A stretch of 64,000 bases of DNA from Selaginella moellendorffii (lineage: Eukaryota; Plantae; Lycopodiophyta): assembly GCF_000143415.4 (NCBI RefSeq), contig NW_003314301.1, positions 1,604,981-1,668,980 on the forward strand, read 5' to 3'. The number at the start of each line of letters is the position of its first letter. Position 1 is the first letter of the stretch. A program made the position numbers and the translations under genes. Of this stretch, positions 1 to 12,357 are shown piece by piece. Below the pieces are notes generated by a model, which had not been told where the DNA came from, ran no database searches, and was given only the letters and a program-made list of their open reading frames with translations.

Positions 1-243
1 GAGATGAGTCCGAGATGGAGTCCGAGATGGACCCGAGATGGAGTCCGAGATGGAGTCCGAGATGGACCCAAGATGGAGTCCGAGATGGACCCGAGATGGA
101 GTCCGAAGTCGAGACCGAGACTGGGACCGAGACCGGAACCAAGACCAAGACTGAGATCAGGACCGAGACCGAGACCAAGGCCGAGGCCGAAACCGAGCCT
201 GAGCCTGAGTCCGAGTCCGAGTCCGAGTCCGAGTCCGAGTCTG
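1..243 (+). repeat. LTR-internal minisatellite (12-mer GAGATGGAGTCC grading into hexamers GAGACC and GAGTCC)
   Basis: Tandem units are directly visible. Confidence 0.95.
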
Positions 244-904
244 AGAGGGTGAAAGCCCAAAGCATTCGTCTCCCAGACCCTGGGGGGTTTGGTGAGCTCC
301 AAAAGTATAATAGGGGGAGGACTGCAGTAGAGCCAGTTTGGCCAGGAAAGGCCAGTTTGGCCCAGCAAGGCCGGACCCAGTGTTGGGTGATGAGCTGCCC
401 ACTGGGAAGTCCAAGACTAGAGTGAACACAAACTGACAAGCGGGGTAGCTTGGTGAAGTGTTCAAGAGCTGGCTTTAGTTCCCCCGGGAGATCGACTGGC
501 CGATGCTCCCAGTCCAAGTGTGGGTGGCACTACCTACTTGGATACCTGTCATGGCTCAACGGAACCTCGCTCTATGCCCATGGCTAAAGCACCTAAAGGC
601 GAAAGGCGGGGAGAGTACCTATGAGGCTTGCGTAAGGCCACGGTGTTCCGAAATGTTGTCCCAAAGTCCCAGACTATGGAAAGGAAGAGGAGTAGCCCTC
701 TGGTGTGGTGACAAAGGACACGGTCACCCAGTGAGGAAGTCCCAGAGGACAGTTGGACTTAGAGGTCGGGCCTGCAAGCCTTGATCCAGTGGCAGTGTTG
801 GTGAAAACAGCCATCGACAGAGAGGGACTTGGTGGGGACCGGAAAAGAGATATTGGGGAAGGTTATTCCCTAAGTCTGCGAGCATCCTAAGGATGCTAAG
901 GAGT
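1..904 (+). mobile_element. Truncated LTR copy of the same family as the LTR at the right end of the window
   Basis: Near-identical to about 62740-63652, including the GAGATGGAGTCC/GAGACC/GAGTCC array and the unique sequence after it. Homology stops abruptly at about 904. Confidence 0.85.
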
Positions 905-1550
905 ATTTTTTGTATATTGTTTAGTTTGTACGAGTTCTTGGTGATATCATTCGGTTTGAATAATGGTCTAGCGACTTTCTAGTGAATGATAGATGAGGTT
1001 CTTTGTGATATGCCATAAGTGATTGCTAACTTCATTGATGATGTTTTGATCCACTCAGAGAGGATGTGGTAGGAACACGTTTATAATGTTCTTAAAGTGT
1101 TGGATCAGCTACAGAAAGTTGGTTTAAAGTTGAAACAGTCAAAGTGTGTGTTTAGGTCCAAAGACACGACTTATTTTGGGTACCATATTTCTCATGAGGG
1201 TTTGCAAGTTGATCTTGACAAATTTATGGCTATTCTAAAGTTCCCTACTCCAAAATATGTGAATGATGTGCAATGATGTTTCATTTGGTCTAAAGAGCTA
1301 TTAATGACTCTTTCAATTTTGGTGTATCCTAACTACACTTGACCTTTCATTTTGCGCGTGGATACTTTTGATATTTATCTTGGAAGTATATTGATACAAA
1401 AGAGCCCAAATGTGTTTGATCAACACTATCCTATTGCATATATAAACCATATATTATAACTAGTAGAGGCGAACTACTCCATGATAGAGAAAGAGTGTTT
1501 ATCAGTAGTCTGGGGTTTTGGGAAGTTGAACCGCAAGTTTATAAGGTTTG
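905..1550 (+). mobile_element. Degenerate Ty3/gypsy RT-RNaseH fragment
   Basis: Decayed motifs (FIDDVLIHS, KLKQSKCVF, YFGYHIS, EANYSMIEKECLSVVW) with stop codons. Confidence 0.8.
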
Positions 1551-2312
1551 GCATGACATCTAGCAGGCCGATCCTCCAAATATTGTATATATGTAATGGT
1601 TGAAAAGATTCATACAAAAGGATCGGGAACAATTCGTACCACCTATAGATCCATCGATGCCTCCTCCTAATATTCCTCTAGATCCTGGCCCATCTATGAA
1701 AAAACTTTGATAGTCTTCTATCATTTTGAGAGGAGGAGATGATGTGAGGTCCAAATGTATAGCTATGATGTTGTATACTAATATTAGCATAATGAGATTT
1801 TAGTAGCCATCTGATTAATTTCAATCTAGACCACTCGCTCCTGTATATAAGATAGGGTTTTTAAACTAATTGATATGCATATTTTTTGTATTCCCTTTCT
1901 ATATTCCATGCACTCATAGTAGAGATTTCTTATCTATAATTTAAAGATTTATTGCATTCTAAGTTTGCTAGAACTTTAAATAAAATAAGAATTTTTTATA
2001 GAAAATCCACCTTAAATCCATACTATGTGCTTTCTGGCTTTTAAATATCTATTATAATTTTAAAATTATTAAGCTTGAATTAAGATTTCTTAGCAATACC
2101 ATATATAGTTGTTAATGTAAGCATGGTGTATATTCTTATTAAGTTAGTAATTCAAGGGCTAAAAGATGCAATAATTGTACTATTGCACAACACAACCAAA
2201 CCAAAAGATAAAAATAAAGATATATAAATATTATTGTAAAGAGAACAGTTGCAAGTATATGAAATGAAAAAGTATGTCTTTCTTGTAATTATATAATAAG
2301 TCTGGTTCAACA

Positions 2313-2692
2313 AAAAACTAGACTTACCTTGTCACACTGAGATGCCCACTCACCTTGGCACCTCGCCCACTTGCCTACCTCATCTACTCACACACTTGCT
2401 GTCACAGGCAAGCTCTATTTGACAGTGAACCAAACATGCCTAGTCTCACCTACCTCACCAGCCTTGGCATCTCACTTGCCCACCCACTCACCCAGCCTAC
2501 TGCACCTGTGGCAAGTCTAGTTTGCTGTAAAATTGGACTTGCCTAATCCTCATCCAACTGTGGTGTTACTAGGCAAGTTCAGCTCAATAGTGAATTGGAT
2601 ATACTCAATTGCACCAGGCACAAATGCTTGCCTCACCTACCTTGACACCTCATATGTCCACCACTTGCCTCTTTACCATTGCACTTGTAGTG
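2313..2692. mobile_element. Probable CACTA (En/Spm) subterminal repeat array and terminus
   Basis: Repeated inverted units (ACTAGACTT(A/G)CC ... GGCAAGTCTAGT and variants) end in GTAGTG at 2687-2692, the reverse complement of CACTAC. Confidence 0.5.
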
Positions 2693-3149
2693 CTTTTTAG
2701 CATTTGTGGTTCATTGTTGAGAAAAAAGTTTATACATCATTATAATGCATGTAGTTTTCACCTTTTATCTTATGGTGATTTACCATAAAATAACTACAAA
2801 ATAGAATGTAAACCTTTGGCCACATATCTAAGAGCAGCAAAACAAAACTTAAGGTTTAAAGTTTTGGGCCATTAAATGATAGAACAAGGCTAAACTTTTG
2901 CACATATAGCCAAGGAGCAAAGGAACCAAAACATGGAAGGACTTCTGAGTGTACAGCCTAAGGAGTAAAGGGATAAAAGCACAAAATGACATTAGAATAA
3001 TCTTAGAGCATCTAAATTTCCTAATGCCAAAGTTAATAAGCAAAATGGAGCTAAATATAGTTTAGCATAATTTTAATATATTCCAAAAAAAAAACTTAAT
3101 CACAAAAACTTACTAAGTATGGAATGACATTAGATGTAGGAAGAATACC

Positions 3150-3400
3150 ATCTTATTTAAAACAATCTCTACATTCCTTTTGCTAAGATATGCCTTACTA
3201 CCAAATCTATTGTAGTTTGGAGGCTGATAGAACAATAGATTTGCCAGAGAGCATTGCCACAAATCCCCGAGCAAAGCTGATGCTGACTTGCCCATCTATG
3301 TAGACATCACTCTGAAAAACTTGTCAGTGAATCTCGTTGAGGGACTCTTTTAGAGAATTGGAGCTGCCTGTCCTCAACTAAGAAACCTTGTAGCTTGTTC
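3150..3400 (+). pseudogene. Possible F-box/LRR gene fragment
   Basis: Translation includes RIGAACPQLRNL, which resembles a cysteine-containing LRR. Stop codons are present. Confidence 0.25.
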
Positions 3401-3831
3401 CCTCGTGTTTGAAGATGCTGCATCTCTTGATCGACTTTCATGTCCCACACTCAATCCATGACATCGCAAAATACATGATATGCATGTTGATCGGTCACGC
3501 AAATTCCAACCTTTGGAAAAACTTCAATGTCGTAGAGCTAGCTTCCACACTTTTGCCATCAGGCACTACACAGTCGCTACTTGCCGATGCTGTTTGGTCC
3601 TACTGCCACTGCTTGGTGCCGTTGCTTGGTGGTGCTGCCACTTGGTGACTCTGGTGCTGCTGCAGGACCTTGGAGCACCAGTTGTGCTGCCGCTGCTGGA
3701 GCTCGAGCCTACCGCCTAAATCCCATTTGTGCTGTGCCCACCCTCGCCGCCTTCCATGCCCTGGTCGCCCTCGTGGCTGCCATAGTCGCGCTGTGCCTCT
3801 CCTGCCCTGCTGACGCATTTTGCAGAGCTCG

Positions 3832-4110
3832 TCCTTGACATTCTCGCTTACCTCCGGTGTTTTCACTGCTCTACCAAACCAATTTTCTGGATCACGTAGA
3901 AACACGACCAGAGGTTTACAAGTCACTGAAAGCTGCTCAACAAAGAGAAGTTACTAAGATAGAAAATTTACCTCTTGCAAAGCATTAATTCTGGTGCAAT
4001 AGCTAATGATTCAATTTCTCCACCTTTTCCTGTTGTTGTTCTTTCCTTTTCAGAGTAATCTTCATCATCACAGTACAGGAGATTCTTCCATATCATTGCT
4101 AATCTTCACA
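3832..4110 (-). pseudogene. Diverged fragment of an AAA ATPase paralogue
   Basis: LVVFLRDPENWFGRAV matches [16 protein letters not shown] in the adjacent gene (about 6230-6275). An intron remnant lies at about 3940-3970. Confidence 0.6.
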
Positions 4111-4181
4111 ATCACTTGCATTTGTCATTCATTTATTATAGTTTACATATGTAATGTTATATTCTATTCACATGAATTAAT

Positions 4182-7100
4182 TTAAATGAAATAAGATGGT
4201 GCCTTTGGTTTACGCTTCTGGTAGACGCCATTGACGATCTCCATGTCTTTCTCCTTAACTTCACCATATTGCTGGTTCCAGGCCTCGAGTTGAGTATTAA
4301 CAAAGCGCGCCGTGGGGCAAACCTGCAACAACCAAACTCTCATGGTTAACTTTCTAGTCAACTCAAAAGTCAAACCTTGCACATTGACTTCTTAAAGTCA
4401 TCCACACACAAGGGTCGAATTTCCACATCATCATTTACTTTCTCGTTGAGCTGCAAAGATTTTGGAAAGTTTGAGAGAGTAAGAGTCAAAGTTGTAACTA
4501 CCTCAGCTTCCTTGGCCAGAAGCTCCCGCACTGGCACGTAAGCAGCTGCAGTACATAAGTTCTATATACATGGCGATACAATTAGAGGTGTAATCAAGTA
4601 AAGATTTTACCTTTAAGTCACTTCCTGAGTATCCCGTTGTTAAACGGCCCAGCTCCTCCAAATCAAACTTGTTGTCCAGCTTCTCGCCTTCCAACAAAAC
4701 CTTGAGGATTTCCACGCGGCTTGACCTCTTCGGGAGACTGATCAAGATCCTGAATCGACGGAGATTACAGATAGTTGCAACGGGGCAAGCTAAGATCAGT
4801 ATTACCTTCTGGGGAGACGCCGAATGACAGCTTCGTCAAGCCTATTCGTGGCTGCCAAAAGCATAACTCTCTTGTCATCTTTGGTACGAAGGCCATCCCA
4901 CGCTGTCATGAACTCGTTCTTGACGCTGCGAGAGGTTTCATCCTCATTTAGCTCGCCTCTTGCTCCTAAAATGCTGTCCACTTCATCCACAAAGATAATC
5001 GTGGGTGCGAGCTTCTCTGCCAGTGTGAAGACTGCCTTGGCCAACTTTTCGGCTTCACCGTACCACTGTGATGATAGTCAAGATCAAACGCTAAAATATA
5101 AACACTTGTACCATTGAGCTGATTGTTGAGCTTGTGATGCTGATGAATGCCGTGTTTGCTTCCGAGGCAATGGCCTTTGCAATGTGTGTCTTTCCCGTTC
5201 CTGGAGGCCCAAACAAGAGCATTCCCCGGCAAGGCTGGAAGTTTTTGGAGTGTGAGAAGCTTTCACATATGTAATGAACTTGGATTACCTTGAGTAAATT
5301 TCCTTTGCTAAATAGCTTTGGCCTTGTCAAAGGAAGGATCAGAAGCTCTTGTAGTGTGGCTTTTACTTTTTTCAAGCCGCCGACATTTCTGAACGACAGT
5401 CCAGTCTCGCCAGCAGCAATCACACACGGCAAAAGCATTGTTTCGTACTCGTCGTACGTTATCTGCATATGCCCTATCCAATGTTAGCTTAGAGAATGAA
5501 CATTGGCCACTGCTTACATTTCTTAAGATCTTAGTCGTTGTATTCTTTGATATCTCCAATTTGTCAACAGATAACTGGAGACTGATCATCAAATCAAAGT
5601 GAGAGAAATCTAAGTCATCAAAGAACTAAATCCAATACCTTTCTAAGGATAAGGAAGTTCCGGTTGAGCCTTTGGATGCTGAATCCAAAGCTTGGGAAAT
5701 GTGGATGTTTAGAGTGTGCCCTACGATCCTCTCAGCCTCTGCAAAGTTTAAACACAACGTTACCCGGGTCTACTAAATTTAGAGTGACCTGACCCTTATC
5801 AGTGAGAGAAACCCCATGTGGGATCTTGAGATCTTTAACGCCTTTGCATTCCCAGTTGAAAAGATCAAGCACCTCCTCAATCTTTTTAGTGTTTGTTTTA
5901 GATCTATACATGGCAGAGTCACTCTTAAGCTCATCTTGCCACTTTTGAAGCATATCCTTGTCCTGGAATTACAAACATAGGCCATAGCTTGAAGCTACAG
6001 TGGTTTGAGGATTGGGTTGAAGAGTTCTTACCTTTGGTGGAACAATCTTCACCTTGTTCTCGAATAAGCTGTAAATGTCTTCAAGGTAATAACCTGTGTG
6101 CTCCGGGTGTCGGGTGGACTTGTTCTCAACGTTAATCCTCGATGCAATGAGTACTATACCACCCGAGAGCATGTCTAGCTTATCCTGCAGTTTCTCAAGG
6201 AACTCTTTCCTCTGTGTTATTGCCACAGCTCTCCGAAACCAGTCTTCCGGATCAGGAAAGTACACCACCAGCCGTGTGCACCTCTCTAAAACCTTCATAA
6301 GCGGGAGCATTACAAGATTTGCAAAACAAATCTAGAAACTTGTACCATTTGTAGATGATTGATGACGTTGCAGCAAGAATCACAGGACAATTGAAGCTCC
6401 TCAGCTGCTTGAAAACAAATCTATCAAAACTTGCAAACAAAACGTTTTACGTACGTCTACAATAGGTAACACAGCTCGTAGATTCGAATTTTACAGCGAC
6501 CATGCTGCTTCTCGAAAAGACCACCGAACCCAATTGTCCGTTTTTCAAGTTATGTCTATCAGTCCAGTAAACCATGTAGTGAAGTGATGTAACTAAGTAG
6601 AAGTTTTACCTCTCAGGATCGTTGCTTCCCACGAACTTGACATAATCTCCGCTCTGGATTAATTGGGGCTTGTCCTAGAGTCGAATATTCAACTGTAAGC
6701 AATCTCAGTTGGTTTATGAAATCACGCACCTTCGACTTTACAAATGCTTCATCGATTTCATCGTTTTCTTGCCCGTCGGCATCATCAGCCTTGTTCTTCT
6801 ATTTAAAGTTTCCAAGATTATAGAAGTTCTAGCAGAAACGATGCAAACGATGCTTACTATCTTATAAGGTGACAACAGATTCCCGTAGAGAGAAAGAAAC
6901 GAAGCATTGAGATCCTTGGCCACAGCCATGGCCAGAGTCTCTTGATAGATCTCCGACCCTGCAGAACAAAGGATTCATGAAAAGGGGTTTCCTTGTCTAG
7001 AGATTCCTTGCCTGGTGGTCCATGCAAAGCAATCCTTGGGCTGGTGGAGTCTAGGACTTTCATCCTTTTCATCAACTCAGGATGCTGCAAATGAGCAGTG

Positions 7101-7438
7101 GCGCAATGGACGACCATATCTCGAGTTTCTTGGCTGCCAGCAACCGTAAGTTCTAGCCAGAACAAAAGTATAGCTTACTCAAGGTAGTAAGGAAAACCAT
7201 CCAGTGACACTGTAAGATCAGTGCTTTTGATGAGCCTATCCTCCCATTCCTTTGATGGTGGATCAGTGTTTTTGGCGTCCAATTGCTTTGGTGGTGGATC
7301 AGTGTTCTTGGCCTCCAATTCCTTTGGTGGTGGATCAGTGTTCTCGACGGGCCTAGCCTCCAATTCCTTTGGTGGCTCATCGCTAGAGCCCTTGGCTTTG
7401 AGAACTTTGGATTTTCTTTCCCACAACCTGCTAAGCAT
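4182..7438 (-). CDS. AAA+ ATPase, plant ATAD1/Msp1-like family, multi-exon
   Basis: Walker A GPPGTGKT, Walker [33 protein letters not shown], and N-terminal [10 protein letters not shown]. Splice sites join the exons checked; the start is inferred at MLSRLWE. Confidence 0.9.
7243..7380 (-). repeat. Coding tandem repeat of about 36 bp ([12 protein letters not shown]-type units, 3-4 copies) in the AAA N-terminus
   Basis: Visible in both the DNA and ORF 7175..7555. Confidence 0.9.
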
Positions 7439-7788
7439 TTCGCCACCCCTGAAACCCTTAGGGCTCCAACTTAAAAATATGTGAATGTAAAGGGAACGAA
7501 AATGCAAAGCCCTAATAGTCCACGCACGTGGCGAGGTATCCGCTTGGCGATCCAACGGTGGCCACCAGCCCGCCCGTCAATTTGGAGATCTTCGAGCCTG
7601 GCAACACGACGACGCGAGGTCTTTGTTCTTCCGACGATTACCCGACGCGAAATTTCTCCTCCTCCTTCGATCTTCTCTTCTCCGCGGATCTCTTGATTCA
7701 TGAGCCTCGCCGCCGCGAGATTGATGATTTCGGGAGCTGTGAGGCGCGGCGGCATCGAATTCCGTGTGATTCTTGTCCAGGGTTTTGG

Positions 7789-10387
7789 ATGGAAGCTCCA
7801 GCTCCAGGCGTGTACAAGATCTGCGGCAAGCTCTGGAATGGTACGCTCTAGATTCGAGACTCGCTGCTTGCTACATTGGCCATGGCGATCGATCCGGCGC
7901 TCGAAATTTCCCAAAATCTGGCATAGATTTCGATGTTTTCATGCTTGGATTTCGTGTCGCGCAGTCGGCCCGAGGTACCTGCTCCACGAGCACATAGGAT
8001 CTGGATCTTATGGAGATGTTTGCCGTGCCACCGATTGCCAGGCTTCGCTCACTGTGGCTCTCAAGGTACGAGCTCTTGGAAAAATTATAGCTCGATGGTT
8101 TTCTTCCAGAGAGTTGGAGATGTTCTTTGCTGTCCTCTCTTGGCCAAGAGAGTTCTCCGCGAAGTGTGTATCATGCGACGTTTATCCCATCGATATGTCA
8201 TCACATGTAAGCCACTTTTCCTTACTTTTTCTTTCGTTTTTGCTATAGTTCTCATTGTTCCCTTTTTAGTGACGGATGTTTTTATAAGTATGTCCATGGA
8301 AGTCTCTGGCGGAATCGATCTGTATATCGCGACCGAGTTTGCTGACGGGTTCGTCGAGTATTTTTTTCTTTCACATTCTATCGTTTGATGCGTTTTGTCC
8401 GGGATTTTTTTACAGCGGTGACATGTATCATTTGCGAGAACCATTAACACCAGAACATGTAAAGTTTTTGATGTGGCAGTTGCTCACTGGCATGAGCTAT
8501 ATCCATTCATGCCGTGTTTGGCACAGGTACAGAAGCTCACTTTTAACGAATGAAACTTGCGCTGATTCTATGGAGTCACAGGGACTTGAAGTCCGAGAAC
8601 ATACTTTTGATGGCCGATATGTCCGTTAAAATCTGTGACTTTGGCCTTTCACGGTCTGCCGAGGAGGTAAAACTAAGATAGTCACGGGCTAGAAGTCTGA
8701 AAACACCTTCTTTTGCAGTCCGCAAATACAGATATTCAGACGGGAATCACAAGCGGGAGAATTTTGAATGGTCGTAAGTCCCTGACCAGGCAATACACGA
8801 AGATGGTAATATCTTCTTCCGCTTGTGTGACCACGGCATTCTGAAACCGCAACAGGTTGTCACTCCCAGCTATCGAGCACCTGAAGTTATCATGTCCCGT
8901 GGCCAATACAGTTCTTCCATTGACATGTAAGTACTCGAGGCTGCAATTTACACACCCGTAGGCTGAAGAGAAAAAAAAATTGCTTTTTATGCAGATGGTC
9001 ACTTGGTTGTATTTTCTGGGTAAGTGTTAGCAGCAACGATATCACGATTTTAAATGTTTGTTTTGTGCAGGAATTGTTGATACGGTCCATCAATCCAAAT
9101 ATGACGGGTCCTCCACTGCGGCCTTTGTTTGGTGTCCGGTAAACACTAGCTATTCAAGTGTTGATTCTCAAGAATGTGCAAACCAGGGAAGAACCAGTAA
9201 CACCAGGACAAGGAGTGAGCTACACCACTGATGGACACTCTCCTCTTCATGAGCAGGTTCTTACTCTTGTAATTGTTCTTTTTTCTGACGCGCGAAACTG
9301 CAGTTGGATGTTATCTTTAACGTTATTGGAACTCCTGGATGGAGCGACATCGAGAGCGTTCCGAGCGAGTCCTGGAGATCGTACTTGAAACATCTACCGG
9401 GAAGAGTAAGTAGTCTCTTCAAGTTGTAGTGATTTTCTATCTTTTTCTATGTGTTCGTCTTTTTTGTGTGAGGGGTCTTAGATTTTCTCACGGCATTCTG
9501 ACTCTTCCCATATTTTCAGGCAGGAAATCTGACTGAACAATTGTTAGGATACGTCGATCAAGAAGCTTTGGATCTTCTTTTCCGGATGCTTGCCTTCAAT
9601 CCTGGTCGAAGGTGCACTGCCGAGGAAGCACTCTCACATATTTATGTAAGTAATCGTTTATATTTTGCCTTCTCATACAAGTATTCTATGTAGTTCAAGG
9701 GACTAGAGAGGTCAAATGGACTTTTGCCGCCTGCATTCGAAGCCACTGCTCCAGGAGAATCCCTCTGGAACATCAAGGATCCTGCGGTAGCCCTCGATAT
9801 TCTAGAGGTTCGTAACTCCACAATAGCATACGACTTTCATGTTTAATGTGTTGTAAACGCAGAGAGAGCTAGAGGCGTCTGTCTACGAAAAAGATGGTGG
9901 CCGACAGAAACTGGAAAGCCTTCTTCAGCAAGAAATAGTGCAGCAAAGGCAGCAAGAACTGTTTCGTCACTCGTTGGAGTATCTGAGGCAAAATGCGGTG
10001 CCACTCTCCTCCATTCTTCCTCCTCCACCGTCACAGCCCGACTTCCGAGGTCAAGGTTCTACGAGAAGCGTTCTACTATATGGCGACGAGATCTTAGGAT
10101 CCATGCAGAAGAATCTTCCGCCAGTTCCGATGACTACACGGGTGACACGAAGTTCTGCCGCTGCCGCTGCCGCTGCTGCTGCTGCTGCTGCCATCAACGT
10201 TGAAAAATCTTCGCAAGCGAGGGCCATGCGAAGCAATAAAGTGCCGAGGGAGTTACGGACACATCAGGCAGTGGTGAACGAGGAACCCAACCAGACAGAG
10301 GGTCTTCCTCGAAGATCGCCACGTCTGCGAGATCTACAAGCCGGTGATCTTCCCCACCGAAAGAGACTTTGTCTCAAAGCTGGCTGA
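7789..10387 (+). CDS. Atypical MAP kinase (CMGC), multi-exon, with a long C-terminal tail
   Basis: Spliced translation gives IGSGSYGDVC, VALK, AKRVLREV, HRDLKSEN, KICDFGLSR, YTKMVVTPSYRAPE, IDIWSLGCIF and RCTAEEALSH. The start is inferred at MEAPAPG. Confidence 0.9.
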
Positions 10388-10824
10388 CGAGCAACTGGAT
10401 GACACGATACAGTACTAGCAAACAGAGAGCCGACTCTGGATTCGAGCATCATCGTGTAGCAGAAGAACAGTGTTGAAGCCTGATAGAGCCGAGGAAATCC
10501 TCCCGGAAATGACAAATGGCTTCAAACAGGTACACTGCTGCTTCCCTGCTATTGTGATACTTGTCTGCGTCCTTCGTTTGTTTTCTTTCGCTTTGATACC
10601 ACATGGATTTCTGATACAGGAAGGAAACATGGCCGCCGCGAAAGGACAGACAACAGAAACAGTTTTCTTCTCGAGTGAAAGTTAAGAAGGCTGTTATGAA
10701 TGTGTACAAACGATCGATCGCTTCTGAGGTATATTGATTTTCATGGATTGCTCAAACAAACTTCGTGTTGTTTTCTGGAGATATTTTTTTTCTCTTCTTC
10801 TTCCTCGGCTATGAAAGAAAGAAG

Positions 10825-12357
10825 CTAGCTAGTACACTGGTCAGGTGCGATTCCCATTTGCTCTTTCTGGTTATCAATCGAGATTCTAAACGTTTGCTGC
10901 TGGACATTTCCGATGATGCTGAAGGCCTCCTCCTCAGGAGCGAAGGCCAGGCAGTACGTCCCCTCGTCATCCACATTGACGAGAATTCCATCGGCTGGAA
11001 GCGGCATCGAGGCACCACCATCGAAGTCGAGAACCACAGCAGGCAGGGTGGCCGTCTTCATGGATGAGAGATCATAGCAGGTATCGAAGAGAGAGATCCC
11101 GGGGGCCGAGGGGAAAGTTACCAGCGACCGAAACGCATCGCGTAAAGCAGTGTAAGCCGGGGTGGTGAGCCTGGAGATGGCGGTGCCAGAGTCGACGATC
11201 ACACCACCAGTGCCTCTGGAACCCATGGCAAACGCATCCGGGGGGATGTTCACAGGCGAGCCGGCAACTCTGATCCTCGCGAGCCCAACGTAGTAGTACG
11301 TATCCAGCCGCCGGTTGGGAAGCAGCTTGGTGAAGCGAGCTTTCTCCGGGACAGCGCTGGGACCGAAAACGAGCGACGCAGCTATGGCGGACTCCCTCCT
11401 GGGAAGGCAGTAGGAGAAGACGCTAGCGTAGGAGGTCCCCGTCTGGGATGGAAACGAGAGTGGTCCTCGTCCCAGGCCGAGCAGCCCCGCGGCGCCGTGG
11501 AAGAGCCCCTGGTTGTTCCTGCCGCAGCCCATGGCGACGCTACGCACGGCGTGCTCGCCGAAGGAGAGCGTCTCGGTGGAGAAGTCGCCGACGGTGAAGG
11601 AGCCATCGCCGTAGCTCACCTGGTACATACACTTGTTCTTGCGGCTGCAGCCTTTGATCTTGAGCTTGCCGCAGATGGAGCTGGCGCAGGCGAGAGGCTT
11701 GAACGAGGAGGAGAGCGAGGGGTTGAAGATGGGGTCCTGCTGGCGGTAGCACTTGCGGCATGGAGAGCACTGGAGCCAAGAGACGTCGCTGCCGGTGTCC
11801 GCCACCATGTAGACGCTGCGAGCCGGCGTCCCGACTCCAATCCGAGCGAAGTAGTCGCCGCTGCCGCCAGCTATGCCGGAGATGAGTGGCGACGCGAATC
11901 CTCCTCGAGCTCCTCCGTGGCCTCGTCCTCCTCGTCCAGAGGCTAGCGCTGCTACTGCGAGAGACTCCGACTGGCCTGGGAGAGGATGGCGGAGGTCGGA
12001 CTTGCGCCAGCCATTGGTGGCGAGGGCGATGGTGGCGGCGATGGCTTTGCTGCGGAGCTCGTCCTTGCGGAGGCGGGCGAGGAGGAGCTGCTTGGTGGTG
12101 GCGTTGCTTGGGCGGAGCGGGGAGGAAGGGGCGTCGCGGTGGAGCAGTGGGACGCTGAAGCTCAGCTCGTCCAGCGGCGCCTTGGCGGCGGAGGCGGCGG
12201 CGGCGGCTTCTTCTTGCTCCTCAACGGCTACGACTGGCGGCTTGGCGATTTGGAGCGTGACAAAGTCGGGCTGGCTGAAGGAGGAAGAGACCGCTAGAAG
12301 ATTGAGGAGCAGCAGTAGCAGCAGCGGCAGCAGCGGTTCTAGAGCTCGTCTCCACAT
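10825..12357 (-). CDS. Nepenthesin-like/atypical A1 aspartic protease, intronless, secreted
   Basis: Two catalytic motifs (DTGS and DSGT), a signal peptide after the ATG at 12357, a Cys-rich insert, and C-terminal IIGNVQQQ. Confidence 0.95.
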   Translation of the reverse strand: MWRRALEPLLPLLLLLLLNLLAVSSSFSQPDFVTLQIAKPPVVAVEEQEEAAAAASAAKAPLDELSFSVPLLHRDAPSSPLRPSNATTKQLLLARLRKDELRSKAIAATIALATNGWRKSDLRHPLPGQSESLAVAALASGRGGRGHGGARGGFASPLISGIAGGSGDYFARIGVGTPARSVYMVADTGSDVSWLQCSPCRKCYRQQDPIFNPSLSSSFKPLACASSICGKLKIKGCSRKNKCMYQVSYGDGSFTVGDFSTETLSFGEHAVRSVAMGCGRNNQGLFHGAAGLLGLGRGPLSFPSQTGTSYASVFSYCLPRRESAIAASLVFGPSAVPEKARFTKLLPNRRLDTYYYVGLARIRVAGSPVNIPPDAFAMGSRGTGGVIVDSGTAISRLTTPAYTALRDAFRSLVTFPSAPGISLFDTCYDLSSMKTATLPAVVLDFDGGASMPLPADGILVNVDDEGTYCLAFAPEEEAFSIIGNVQQQTFRISIDNQKEQMGIAPDQCTS

